Shown here: positions 11,580 to 24,313 of the stretch, piece by piece
How positions within the stretch are numbered: the stretch's first letter is position 1
How the letters are laid out: every line of letters starts with the position of its first letter
Assembly (NCBI GenBank): GCA_002256025.1
Contig: NKIB01013746.1
Span: 1-52,300 of the forward strand
Source: Asterionella formosa
Lineage: Eukaryota
Direction of reading: 5' to 3'
DNA: 52,300 nucleotides
The notes under the pieces: model-generated
What the model was told of the DNA's origin: nothing
What the model saw: only the letters and a program-made list of their open reading frames with translations
Database searches by the model: none
Program-made: the position numbers and the translations under genes

Positions 11580-13750
11580 TAGTGCTGGTGATGGCACTAA
11601 AGGATTCCTTGCCATTGCTTGTCATGGCTGCTGCTCCCTCTCTTCTGCATGCTGATGAACCTTTTCAACTGCCCAAACACCCCAGCACACAGCCAACTCA
11701 CAGTGCAAGCGCTACTCAGTCCCAAATCACTGCAGCCACCAACCATCACTACAACACTTCCCTTGATGCATTTCGCCGCTATTCTCAAATTCGCGAAGCT
11801 CTCTGGCAACAAATTTTATTAATGGCTATTCATCCTGCATATTACAATGTTCTTGAGGATGACAAATTTGGGTATGCTGACATCACCATTGTTGCTCTGC
11901 TTGCCCATTTGGAGTCTACCTGGCTATGAACCTTGAGTGCTGATGATTTGGAATTTAATCTCATGCACTTCGCCGATGCTTGGCCACCCAATGAACCCCT
12001 TGAAAACTTGTGGGTCTGCATCAAACATCTCCGGGCCATGGCTTCTACCAGTTGGGAACCCTTATCTGACAGTACTATCATGTAGTTGACCCTTTCTGCT
12101 CTGGAGCAAGCTGGTGTTTATACACATACTCTTCACATATTATGGCGTGACCATTTGGATAACGACCTTACTTGGGCTAATTTTTGTCCCCACTTCATTC
12201 ATGGTGACAAGGAATGATTGGGACTATTAAGTGCCACCAATGCGGGGTATAACAGTGCACATACCGCTGTTCAAACCAGCTCAACCCCCCCCCCTGCAAC
12301 GAGTATTGCTGTTCCCACTGTGTACATTTACATTTACAACAATGTACAATTAGGATACTGTATACTTCAGTGTCCTGGACCCCCCTGCTAGCTATCATGG
12401 TTGCTGGACCCCCTGTACAGTTTTCTTGAGGTGGAACCAAACACCAATAATTTTCTTGTCATAGACCATTTAATGTGCTATAATTCTTTTGTTACTTGTA
12501 GGCACTAGTATATAATTATTTAGCTATCATGATGCAATTCTTTTGTTCATATAAAAAACACGAGAGACGACAGATACTGGTTGTGAGCAGCTGGAGAATC
12601 CCTCATCATGTTGTTGCAACCTTGGCCATGATGAAAATACAAATTATCTCCACGAAAGTTGAGAACAACGCTTGGCTACTTGCTACCTATATTAAGAATG
12701 ACATGGAAAATGCAATTGTAAAAGAAGTAAGTTATAGCACTAATAATGACAACGAAAATTGAGATCACCAATAACAACATGAAATCGCCTTTCTCTTGCA
12801 ACAAGGTCAAGAACTCTCTCATTTTTTAATAACACAGAAATAATTGTAATATTAATAAATCTTAGAAAAATGTGCACTATCCTGTAGAACTAATGAAATT
12901 TACTTAGGTCTAGTAGTGTAAGGGAAATCTCGTCATTGTCCTGGATCCCCCCTTAAATAAAATCAGTCAAATTCAGTCACAGCAGTGTACATTGGGAGTC
13001 CAGGAAAATGAAGTATATGGTTTAGTTAGATTTATGCTGGTTTAACGAAGAACCCGTGGCAAACCAGTGCAAATTGTAATCATCAATCTACTGGCCATCA
13101 AACTACCGCCACACTTGATTGAAGTATGGGTGGCAGCAGCCGTGTGTTCAGCAATGGTACATGTCCCAGCTGTCCATGCTCTCCGACAGTACCAGCACCA
13201 CCTGCCTGACGTGGAGGGGAGCAAGTCGACAGTGATAATCCTAATAACACCAGCTTATCTACTTTGCTTACTTGTCCCATCCCCCATCACGCTTATTGAT
13301 GATTCTGGTACACCTGAGTTCTGGCAATTATGCCACCTCCGATCTACCCATGAGCAACTTATGGCCCACTACAAATTCTGACACCATCCAACTTCCCAAT
13401 GACGACCTTGTCACATCTACGCATGAGGCAGAGTTATCTTCTTACCTGTGCTCTTGCCCACCGCTCATCATGTGCATATCGTCCCCGGATTACACAACTG
13501 TTCTTTGTTAAGCATTGGACAGCCTTGTCACTCAATCTATGAGGTCACATTCTCCAATACTCCCATGTCTGTATGTCCAATGGCCAGTGCACCATCCTAC
13601 ACCAGGGCCACCGGTCTGCATCCACTAAGTTGTGGCATGTCACTACCACTGATGTTGACCTTCCTGTGCCTGACCAACAACACTTTGCTGCTGCCACCAC
13701 CAGCAGTCCCAATGCGCCTGCCCTTGTTGCTTTTCCCCATGCGGACTTGT
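11580..13750 (+). mobile_element. Ty1/copia (CoDi-like) gag-protease remnant interrupted by a MITE
   Basis: gag-like PKHPSTQP..ATQSQI...ALWQQIL..AIHPAYYNVLEDDKFGY...LLAHL...TWANF..HF; GYC..HG knuckle split at 12361-13017; protease-like LIDDSG, IQLPND..TSTHEA, HIVPGLHNCSLLSIGQ, GHRSASTKLW. Confidence 0.75.
12361..13017. mobile_element. Non-autonomous TIR element (MITE) in a TA context
   Basis: Left TATACTTCAGTGTCCTGGACCCCC versus right GGGAGTCCAGGAAAATGAAGTATA (reverse complement TATACTTCATTTTCCTGGACTCCC); no long ORF. Confidence 0.8.
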
Positions 13751-14653
13751 TCTGCATAATGAGAATTTCCTGAAAGTCATAGTCATATGCTGTGTGTTTT
13801 CGTTTTTGCAAATATAAGAATTCTGCTATTTATTTCGCTGAATCATGCTATGAATAGAACATGTTCTTTATATTGAAAAAATTGTCGCTGTCCGGTAACA
13901 CATTGTCCGTTTCAGAAAAATGACCGCAACTTGCAGGTACAACAACCAGAAGCGATCATTTTGCTCAAACAAACAATTTAATATGGGATCAGCTAAATCC
14001 TTAGTTCAGCAAAATTACCGCAAGTTGCAGGTAAGACAATAGTAGTATATCATGTACACAATTACTGGTGTACGGAGTACGACATGATAGCAGTAGTGTC
14101 TACGTAATTCACATGCCATCTACCGGTATTGTACTTAACAAATTCACATGTCATGTATACCGGTACTTCCGGAATATATATTCAATCATGAGTACCAATT
14201 TGGTAGAAGTCTAAATATTATTTTGTATTGGTAGGCATTGTATTTCAATGCATTCACCCCAAACTGATAAAAATATCTAACTCTAGCCACACTCAGATAT
14301 ATTAAGAATACCCTGTACACGCCGTCCCATTAATTGCAGAATCATGCACATAGCTATAATCTTTTATGCATGCATGTTGTAACGTGTTTCCAAATGCCCA
14401 ATTTTTATGCGCTCCTTTCCAGTTTCGACTCCCTCCCAATGATTCATCTCATGTCTGCCAGACGAGATAGGCCAGCTTTCAATGAAAATAATTTTCCTTA
14501 AGTAATTTAGGAAAAAGTTACTTTTATTGACCAATGACGATTTGCAGAATCAGTCTCTGAACACGACTCGGATTTGCTGACTGATGAGCCTGTTCAGCAA
14601 ACCATCTTCTAGCTTCGGAATGCAAATAGGAATCATCTCTTTAATTCTACGTT

Positions 14654-14742
14654 TAGAACTTGATGACAATGAGTAGAATTTGCTGACTTCGACTAGAACT
14701 CGCTGACAACAACTAGAATTTGCTGACAACGACTAGAACTTG
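14654..14742 (+). repeat. 20-bp minisatellite (GACTAGAACTTGCTGACAAC-like), ~4.5 copies
   Basis: Direct reading; related array at 15521-15610. Confidence 0.85.
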
Positions 14743-15520
14743 TGGATACTACGAATACCGGTAGATTTTCTGAAAGACCCTTGTGCCTATGAAGTACATA
14801 CATGAATAGACACAACCAATATCCCCCGTCCTGATACTAGCCTTGCCAATACTATGAACATACGAAACATTAAATCTATATACATGGTCACAGTCATTAT
14901 CACGTCTGATGCAACAGGCCACCGGGATACCACTACCGGTATATTTGCAATATCATACATATCACATATTTTTTGGCTACGCACATAGGATATATGCTCA
15001 GGGTACCCAATGTAGCCCTTGTAGAAGCTCGAATATAATTATTTAGCTTAGATGTTGCGATTTGTTTCTATATATAAAACGCTATAGAGTAGTTCTTCTG
15101 AGCGGCTGGAGAATCCTGCATCATGGAACTCTCTGCCTTGACCATGATGACAGTAGCAAATTTCTTCAAGAAAAATGCGTATGATGCTTTGCTTTTGGGT
15201 ACATATATCTAACACGACATAGATAATAATACAATCAGAAAAATAACACTAATATTGACAACGAAATTGAAGACACCAATGGCGCATCTCTTCATGTACT
15301 TTAGATGATGCACAATTCAAAACGACGAAGTTACGACAAGATGTAACACTTTCACAGTACTAGTATGCAACACTCTACACAACAGCATTCTGTAGGTCAA
15401 ACCAAATTTTGTTGATTCTCTATGTATAACCATGCATATCCAAAAATAGTTCATTGAAATTTTCAAAATGACTCTTTTGTTTATGATTGCTACTGATCCA
15501 GTTGCATGGTGACTACATAT

Positions 15521-15610
15521 GACAAGAAATCTGCTGACAATGACAAGAAGTTGCTGACAATGATTAGAAATTGCTGAAAACGACTAGAAGGTTACTGATT
15601 GATTAGTAAA
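15521..15610 (+). repeat. 20-bp minisatellite related to 14654-14742, ~4 copies
   Basis: GACAAGAAATCTGCTGACAAT GACAAGAAGTTGCTGACAAT GATTAGAAATTGCTGAAAAC GACTAGAAG. Confidence 0.8.
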
Positions 15611-17180
15611 CCGTCTTCCCATTGCTGAATACCATTACCAGTAGTAGTAGGTGAACATGATTTCAATGATCAGAGCACCACTTGGATTTAATGATTGATA
15701 ATTCAATTTATAGAAAGCCAGCCTATCTTGTCCAGTAGGTATGGGACGAGTCATTTAGTGCACTCAAGGAGCGGTAGTACGCGTATGTCCAATAATGATC
15801 ATCGACTGGTACCAGGTACCCGTCGTGGATGTAGGACCGGACTGTCAGTACACCCAAGAAAATGTTACATGTTTATCCAATGTGGCCAGCGTGGGTTTGC
15901 AAGACCTCGCAAACCAGGCCAATCAAACAGAGGAATGTAATTCACGTTCACCAATCATATTATATATGTGGAAGCGGGCACTTACAATGGAACTTTTTGG
16001 ACAGGAGATTTTAGGACTAAAACTTCCGGCACACGACTACCATTCCGATGATGACGTTTTGGCACTTAATAATTCTGATTCCGATATTTTGGCAACCGTA
16101 GAAAAGGCCGATTTTGTCGAGTTTTTGGACGACGATAGCTAAACGTTGGTTGGGTCTGACGGCGATTTAGATACATAGGTAACTTTGAAATAGCATCAGT
16201 ATATAACTTCTGGCGAGAAACTGCAGAAAAGAACTTCGGATTTTTTACTATGCCAAATAAACAGATTTCCCCCGAAATTTCGAGTCTTTTTAGCCTATTG
16301 AAAAAACCGAAGCTCCTTTCTGCAGTTTCTGACCAGATCCTATATACTGACGATGTATAGAGTGGACCTACACCCCTACTTTGTCCGAAGACTGTATGTA
16401 AGCATATGGAAAGGGTGTGCATTGGTGAAAGCTCCGTTGAGCGTTATACATATTTAATTTGTATGTGAAAAGTATGTGTTTGATTAGTCTGACTCAATAT
16501 TATTTTATAAACCCTACCTCGAGTTAGGGGTTCAAATGCAGCAACCTTAATGCTACTACTTCTATTATGTACTGGAGTACCGGTATCATATGTGAACCTG
16601 TCGTGTGAGAGAATCGAATTAATCTTGGTATATATCTGTTAAAGTATTACCTTTTTGTATAGATCTATATCGTTAGACAAAGAAGAGTATAGATAGAGAC
16701 GTTCGTTTCTCTTTCCGTTTCTATATTCTTATTGTGAGTTTACTAATCTAGTTTAGGTTGTTCTGTTTGAATAAAACAAACAAACTATTCTCCAAATGCT
16801 GTTTGCATTTCTAGGAACATACAATCATAGATAGACCCATGTCTATCTCACACTTACTGATCATAGGTTTTTAACCATGATCATTCATTTCAAACTATCG
16901 GTCTTCCGAAATAGCTTATATTGTCCGGCTCATTATAGTCGGAGTAACAAGGTATAATGTGTGGTTGATGAGAGCTTGGTACATCAAAGTTGACTCATTC
17001 GAATCGGTTGACTCGTTTGACTCCGAGTCCTAACTACGGTACGTAGATGAGCTCACTTTAACATATATCATTATTGAATCAATCTGATGCGGGGGTGCAA
17101 AATGTTCGTCAGCGATGTTTGTTTATTACTTTACACTTGCCACACATTGAAGGACAAGGCATACACTCGTCGAAGCGAGA

Positions 17181-18290
17181 ATGGTCTCAATTACACGGCG
17201 GAAGATGCAACGAGCATCGCCCGCAAGCAACAAGCGAGGAGAACGATTGTTGACGCTCATGGGGGCTCTCAACCTCGTAGGTATTTTATGGATTCTTTAC
17301 ACAGAACAACCGAAGCAAAAACAACCTCGTAGCATGGAAACATTCGGAATTTATACTTTCTCAAGAAATTTGCATAATGAATCTATTGATTACCGCCTCG
17401 ATCAAAAAGTTACACTTTCCAAACTCAAAGATTTGGGGGTCGCGATACCAGACAGTGAGACAATCAAACGACTACCTCCGTGGTGGATGATTCAGCAACA
17501 ATACGGCAATGGTCCAAGAATACTGGGCTTGGAAAGATGCTATAAATATCGACAATCAACTCCACGTATGCTTCTAGGGCCTTCTGGTTTGTTCAACACT
17601 GGAACAAACTTGATTTCGCAACTCATGCAAAATAATTGTGCTCTAAAAGGAACACCACATCACTTTGCCTTTCAAGCGCCGTGGGGTAAGCACACACCCC
17701 CGGACTATCGAGGCGTCTATAAAATTCCACATCCTCACTATCAGGCTATGGATACGAAAAGTGTCCTTCCGCTAGTGACGATTCGGCACCCCTTTGATTG
17801 GATGAGGTCGACTTGTCGAGTACCTTACGAAGTCATATGGCGTCATGGTGTCAACGACCACTGTCCGAACTTAGTGGATCCAAAGGAAAACTCAACCATC
17901 GCGGTCACTGTTCACTTTGGGGTTGGCAATCACACCTATCCCACCCTATTGCATCTATGGAACCGATGGTACCGACAATATTATGATAGTGTATCATACC
18001 CAAGACTCATTGTACGTATGGAAGACTTGTTGTTTTATCCAAAAGAAACCATTAGCCTTATTTGTGATTGCGTTGGTGGTGACATGAACTCGAGCACATT
18101 CACAGTTCTAACAGAAAGTGCCAAGACCTATGCCAGGGGCCACGGTACCCACAAGACTGGATTCGTGGATGGATGGATCAAATATGGGAATCAGCGAACT
18201 TACGAACAATTCTCAGCAGTGGATAGGATTGCAGCATATGAAATTGTTGACAAGGACATGATGAGCTACTTTGGCTATGTATTGGTATGA
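17181..18290 (+). CDS. Type II membrane sulfotransferase-like protein, ~369 aa (paralog of 9080-10525)
   Basis: Intact ORF; TM helix; GPSGLFNTGTN, FQAPWGKH, IRHPFDWMRS, HCPNL, YPRLIVRMEDLLFYPK, IKYG shared with the paralog. The exact start Met is uncertain. Confidence 0.8.
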   Translation: MVSITRRKMQRASPASNKRGERLLTLMGALNLVGILWILYTEQPKQKQPRSMETFGIYTFSRNLHNESIDYRLDQKVTLSKLKDLGVAIPDSETIKRLPPWWMIQQQYGNGPRILGLERCYKYRQSTPRMLLGPSGLFNTGTNLISQLMQNNCALKGTPHHFAFQAPWGKHTPPDYRGVYKIPHPHYQAMDTKSVLPLVTIRHPFDWMRSTCRVPYEVIWRHGVNDHCPNLVDPKENSTIAVTVHFGVGNHTYPTLLHLWNRWYRQYYDSVSYPRLIVRMEDLLFYPKETISLICDCVGGDMNSSTFTVLTESAKTYARGHGTHKTGFVDGWIKYGNQRTYEQFSAVDRIAAYEIVDKDMMSYFGYVLV

Positions 18291-18559
18291 TATAGTAGGA
18301 CTCTACTCATGTGACTCAGATTCTCTTGTACCTGATGTGGCTAGCTACAGCTGGTTCAGTCAGAGCCCTATATTCCATTGATTCTTCATGGTGCTGGTAT
18401 TGTCCAGAAAATTTTTGATTGACCCAAATAATCGCTAGTGCACAGAGGTCTGTACAAACTGTATATAATTATATACATAAAACACATCCAAGCAGCAGAG
18501 GTTTTGTGCATTGAGAATATCTAAAGAATTATGAGCAGATAACTAGATATTACTCTGAA

Positions 18560-19000
18560 TTAGCATTATACCTAGATACTAATTCTTACGCTGAGCAATA
18601 CACAATTGTCAACACCAGGTCTTGGGTCTACTGGCATTGATGGTTAATCAAATCATTCTTTTTTGTTAGTACATGAAAAGATGATATCAATTTCTCGAAC
18701 CATCGATTGAAATAGGTACTCCCTCCCTGGTTTGAGTGACAATGATGCATGTTGCAAAGGAGATATTAAAAAACAACAAGCGGCATTTTAGTCTGCCAAC
18801 AAAATGTTGATCACCAGCTTATCAGTACATCACAACAAAGTCCGAGAAGACAGGGACAGAAAACCCTTTGCTCCATTGTTGATATCATCCACGATGCTGT
18901 CCCTAAATTCTCCATTCCCAGCCAACCTCCTATGGAAGCATCTAAATCTTTCAGAACTCCTGCTGTCTTCCCTTGTCCATGATTGTGGCTGTAGCTATAT
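18560..19000 (-). mobile_element. Possible highly decayed LINE RNase H fragment
   Basis: QGKTAGV...LGTASWMI resembles the DGS...GTAAW region of diatom non-LTR RNase H, with a faint CSA..EL..GI downstream; weak. Confidence 0.25.
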
Positions 19001-19179
19001 ACAGGCAAATACAGTATATTCCTTGACAAAGCAATACAAGTACTACCATGAATCATCGAAGCAAGACAAGAATCCCCCCAAAGATACTTCCAAAAGGTGA
19101 AGAGGAACATGCATTTTTTGCAGCATAGATATATCAAACTTGCCCCAACTTTGCCTACATTTTCGCTCCCTTGGCTGGC

Positions 19180-20770
19180 TGCTTGATAGAAAGCAGCGTT
19201 AAATTGGCGAAGAAAGATGGTTTGGAATACAGTTCATGCAGCAGCCCACAAGAACTGAAATTTTACACATCCTGATGACCAATTTGATCAATATATGTTC
19301 ATTCTGAGAATATCTACATTCACCATGACGGCATTGCTCTCGCGGACATTGAATACTATGTTGAATAAAAGTCGGCTTTAAATTGGTGGAGAAAGGTGGT
19401 TGGAATTTTTGTTGCCACAGTACTTATGATCATTGCACAGCAAGCAACGAAAATTTACACACCCTCTTGGCTGATGACCAATTCGATTAATATATGTTCG
19501 TTCTGAGAATATTGATATTCGAAATGACGGCAGTGATCTCCTGTACATCGAAAACTATGCTGGATACTAGAAATCGGCCTTAAATTGGTGGAGACAGATG
19601 GTTTGGAATTTTTGTAACGACAGCACTGCCTAATGATCAGTCCACAAGCACAGTAAATTTACACATCCTGATGTCGCCTTTGATCAATATATGTCCGTTC
19701 TAATCATATCAACATTCTATATGACTGCATTGATTTCTTGTACATCAAATACTATGCTAGATAGAAAGCGGCCTTAAATTGGTTGAGAAGGGTTGTTTGG
19801 AATTCTTGTTGCCACAGCTCTGATGATCAGTCCACAAGCATCCGAGAATTTACACATCCTGATGCCTCCATTGATCAATAGATATGTTTATTCTAAGAAT
19901 ATCGACATTCTCCATGACAGCATTGATCTCGTGTATATCGAAGCCACAGCACTTACAATCAGTCCACAAGCAACGAAAATTTATTTCACATCCTGATGAA
20001 CAATTTGATCAAAATATGTTCGTTCATAGTATATCGACATTCATTACGACGGCATTGATGTCATGTTCATCGAATACTATGATTGATATAAATTTGAATT
20101 AAATTGGTGGAGAAAGATGGATTGGAATTTTTGTTGCCACAGCACTGATGATCAGTCCACAAGCATCCGAAAAATTACACATCCGGATGCCTCCTTTGAT
20201 CAATATATGTTCGTTCTGATCATATCAACATTCGACATGACTGCATTGATTTCGTTTACATCAAATACTATGCTAGATAGAAATCGGCCTTAAATTGGTT
20301 GAGAAGGGTTGTTTGGAATTTTTGTTGCTTCTGCACTGATGATCAAGCCATCCTGATGACCAATTTGATCAATGTATGTTCGTTCTGAGCGAGCATATCT
20401 ACATTCGAAATATCGGCATTGATCTCGTGTAAATGGAATACTATGCTAGATAGAAATTGACAATTAATTGGTAGAGAAAGATGGATTGGAATTTTGGTTG
20501 TTAAAGCACTGGTCATCAGTTACAGCAGACACCTAAAATTTAAACATCCTGATGCCTCCTTTGGACAATATATGCTCGTTCTGAGAATATCGACATTCGA
20601 CCAGGAGCCTTTGATTTCGGGTACATCAAATAATATATTAGATAGAAATCGGCATCAAATTTGTTGAGAAAGAAAATGAATTGGAATTTAGGTTGCTACA
20701 GCACTGGTCATCAGTCCACATCAAGCACCAAAAACTTTTACACATCCTGATGACGAATTTGATCAATACT
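19180..20770 (+). repeat. Stand-alone array of satellite B, ~8 copies
   Basis: Same unit as 6080-7930 (CACATCCTGATGACCAATTTGATCAATATATGTTC...GGTGGAGAAAGATGGTTTGGAATT); no satellite A or terminus adjacent. Confidence 0.95.
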
Positions 20771-20829
20771 GACTAAGCATAGACTGCGCCAGCTTTTTCT
20801 GAAGTACGATATACACAAATTTAGTACAA

Positions 20830-22370
20830 AATGAATGTTGGCAAGGAGGACCATCCGCGTCAGTTTTCTTAATGAAAAAAGCTGCTGGAATGAAAGGAAC
20901 AAAATGTCACATTCATGGTAAAATGAAATTATTGTTCTTGTTGTCGTTTTTGTCGTCTTTTCTGCTATCATGGTTGTGTTCTCGTTGTAGTTATCGCTGT
21001 CCCTGTTGTTTCTGCTGTCATTTCTCTTGTTCTTTTTCTATTGTTCTTTCGTTGTGGTTACTGTGGCTGTATACCCTTCTCTTCCTTGGTATTCCTCGCC
21101 CTGCGTTTGAACTTGAACATGTATTGTTGTTTGATATGGAATGTAAAATGGTCTTGTGTGTTAAAAACCAGCCATCATCTGACTCTGTGAATCTTGTTTT
21201 TCGCTTCCAGATAACAAGGACTCTGTTGTGGGCCGGTTCCTCTGGAAGAAACAGGCTGGCATTTTTTGCTTCTCATTGTCATCACAGAAAGGATGCATCT
21301 GAAAGTTCGAGAAATATATGGTTAGCAGTTACTATTTTGGGAAATGGAAACAGGTCTTTTGTCACATTGTTGTTGTTCTTTTTGTTGTTGCTCTGCACCG
21401 TTGCTCGTTTTTTCGTCTTGAGTTCGGAACTATGTTTGATTGCTGTTGTAGCTCCTTTACCTCCATTTCGTTCTTCGTCTTACTTGTGCCGTTAAAAAGT
21501 GGTCAGTCATGAACTTACTCTGCAAACCTTGTTCTTTTTCTACAGACAATCAATCTGTTTTTGGCAGGGCATGGTTGAAACTTGGGAATAATGAAATGCG
21601 TTGTGCTCTGCCTGTGTCAGGAAGGCTATCCTGGTGTGTCAGGCAGGCTATCAATCATTTTTTATTTGCATTGTTGAAAGGATTCCTCTGAGGCATAGGG
21701 AAAAATGTATACATGGTAAGCAAGTGCAATGTTTTCTTGCCTTCTGCTGATATTGTTTGCTGTTGCTTGTTGTGGGCGGATCTCCTCTTCTATTCTTCTT
21801 CGTCTTTGTTCGGAATTGTTAGCGCAGGCATTGCTTATTTGTAATGAATTAGACGAAAGGCTTGATTGTGTGCTTGTTAATTGTTGATCACGAACTTACT
21901 CTGCAAATGCTGTTCAATGTCTACAAACAATCAATCTGTTGAGCAAGGGATTTGTTGGGAATCAGGCGGCATGGTAAGCACAACGAGAACAATTCCTTTG
22001 TAAAAATTGTTTGTCCATGAACTCACTCTGCGACTGTTGTTCCCTGATTGCAGACAATCAATTTGATGAGGGCTGGGTTGGACATTGGGGAACATGGTAA
22101 GGAGCACAACAGAACCGAAATCATGGCTTCACAACTTTTGTTTTCTCATCAACTCACTCTGCAAATGCTGCACTCTTTCTACAACAGACAATCAATCTGA
22201 GCAATGAGAATGAGCAGCCGGCTCATTTGCTATGAATTGATCTACCGATAGTAGCAACAGGGACTCCTGCAAGCATGAGTAGCCAGGCAATCTTGCGAAT
22301 TGTTACAGCATCCAGCTGCAAGAATGAACATCCATTGCTTGTCGTAGTATTGGTTTGAGAATCACGTTCT
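20830..22370 (+). pseudogene. Decayed multi-exon gene with a repeated intron/micro-exon cassette
   Basis: Unit (ACT(T/C)AC branch-like...YAG|ACAATCAAT...CATG|GTAAG) at 21508, 21889, 22016 and 22147; upstream frame has Cys runs consistent with CGT>TGT decay of Arg runs. Confidence 0.4.
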
Positions 22371-23579
22371 AGAAAAAGTATCAATATAAACTATATAGCG
22401 TTGCGATTAATTTGATTGATTTTGCGATTGTAGCTAGAATTTTTTAAACGTTGATTGGTTACACATATTTATTTGTTTGACTAGCATATATATTTGTTTA
22501 ACCTTGAGGTATTAATGTGATCAAAGTAAAGATAAAATGGGAGCGAACTAACAGAATTAATGGTAGTCAGAGTGAAGAACATTTGTGAATGGAAATGTTG
22601 CGAATTGTAGAGAAAAGTACCGTATTATAGAGATTATTACTGATCAAATTTTTCTTCCTGTTGCCAAAAAATATTGCCAGTTGGCCCCAAAAGTTATGTG
22701 GGTTTCTAAAATAATTATGGAAGTTGTCGAAACTATTTTAGTTCACTCCGTTTATTGTATGATGCATCATATTTTTTATGTGATGTCATACCCTTAAATT
22801 ATGTACATAGCTAAATTCGTCACATTGGGCCACCCAAATAATTAATTTGGGTGATCATATTTGACTAGCGTTTTTTGTGGTGGCTGCACCAGTAATCGGC
22901 GTTGTAGATGTTGGGGGTAGCAGGAAACCAGTCTCAGACTGGACCAAAGTAGCCTTGTAACAGAACAAAGCTGCTAAGAAACAATCAGCAGCCTCCACAA
23001 AAACCACGCAGATGAATATGATTCACAATATTTGATTCAGCGGTGAACAAAAAACGATGGGGAGGGTTTCTTATCTTTAAACTGTTCGGTGACTCCACAG
23101 AATTTCCTCAACTGGACTCAAACCAATCATGATTAACTTCATTTATAAGCGCCTTAAGACTACTCAAGTGTTACTAGTAGGGTAGCCCGCCTGGCGCTTC
23201 CTGGCATTGATAGCCTACTAGGTTGTATAAAAATCTTAACCTACCCAGTATCAAGCCAACAAACATGGTGACTTTGGGCGCTGCAAGGCGGGGAAAGGGT
23301 GGATACACTCTCTCGAATGAGAGCAGCTAAGGGAAATTATGATGTGCTGTAAATGCCATATTCTGGCACTGCTGAGTTAATCTGTCCCCACATCTTGATG
23401 ACTGAGGGGAAGTCAGATGGCTTGGTTTGATCTTTTAATGAGGCATTTATTTGCCTCCCATATGTTTGCCTTTTTTGTTGTATTTATGGCAGACTCTGAT
23501 AATATTGTACAGCTTTAGTATCTGTTTGGATCAAAATGAAACATGGTGACATGATCATCATGACCGACTTTTCTTGAAT

Positions 23580-23885
23580 GAATAATGCATCTTATTCCAG
23601 CCATTTTGTCAAGCTCCTTGAGTTTCTTGCTGTGAGTTTCTTGTTGTTTCTGTTGATTCTTTCATGTGTTTGTAGCTCACAATGGCATATGCTGTAGTTC
23701 TTATTGTGTAGCTCAAAGCACCAGGGCAGTGCAGACCCGATTCCGATGCCAGGACATCGACAAATGCGCTCTTCAATTCAATGATGCATGTTGTTGCATT
23801 CCATTCATTTTCGTCAAGCTCCTTGAGTTTCTTGTTGTTGCTGTTGATTCTTTCATGTGTTTGTAGCTCATTATTGCATACAGTA
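23580..23885 (+). repeat. Partial tandem duplication, ~205 bp period
   Basis: GTCAAGCTCCTTGAGTTTCTTG...CTGTTGATTCTTTCATGTGTTTGTAGCTCA at ~23607 and ~23812. Confidence 0.8.
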
Positions 23886-24181
23886 TAGAGAACACCGACA
23901 ACGTGTGGAGTCAAGGTCCTCCATCCATTATATCTCCACCAACTCATGCAATCTCCTCTGCAACAAGGCAGGGGCAGCTATACAGAGGGGTCAACCACCA
24001 GAAACACACGTCCTTGAGGTAATCATGCAAAAAAGGCCAGGATACATCACCATGGGCAACACAACTCAAGTGGTACTAGTTATGTCAGTGAATTCCTGGT
24101 GTACTTTCAAGAATCAAAACGTCTGTACAACCCCTCCCCCCGCACACACCAGGACCGCAAAACAACCTAACTACAGGTCCA

Positions 24182-24240
24182 TGCCAACTGATGAAGCCCC
24201 TTCAGGCGAAAAGTAAAATTAGTCTCATTACTTTTTGGCA
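24182..24240 (+). ncRNA. Type I hammerhead ribozyme, copy 1
   Basis: Stem I TGCCAA/TTGGCA; core CTGATGA; extra A; stem II GCC-CCTTCA-GGC; GAAA; stem III AGTAA/TTACT; NUH = UUU; predicted cut 24234/24235. Confidence 0.85.
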
Positions 24241-24313
24241 ACTTCAGTAGTCACCTCATTGTCGATGGATAACAGTCATTGTAGCTCTCATCTTCACCTA
24301 ATCCTTTACAAAT

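Noticed and set aside
11058..11580. Short minus-strand ORFs here and at 52066-52293 as genes
   Set aside because: Interrupted by stops or frameshifts; may be transposase C-terminal debris, but no family could be assigned.
14574..14605. CTGATGAGCCTGTTCAGCAAAC as a third hammerhead
   Set aside because: Lacks GAAA and stem III; TTGCTGA/TCAGCAA forms a simple hairpin instead.
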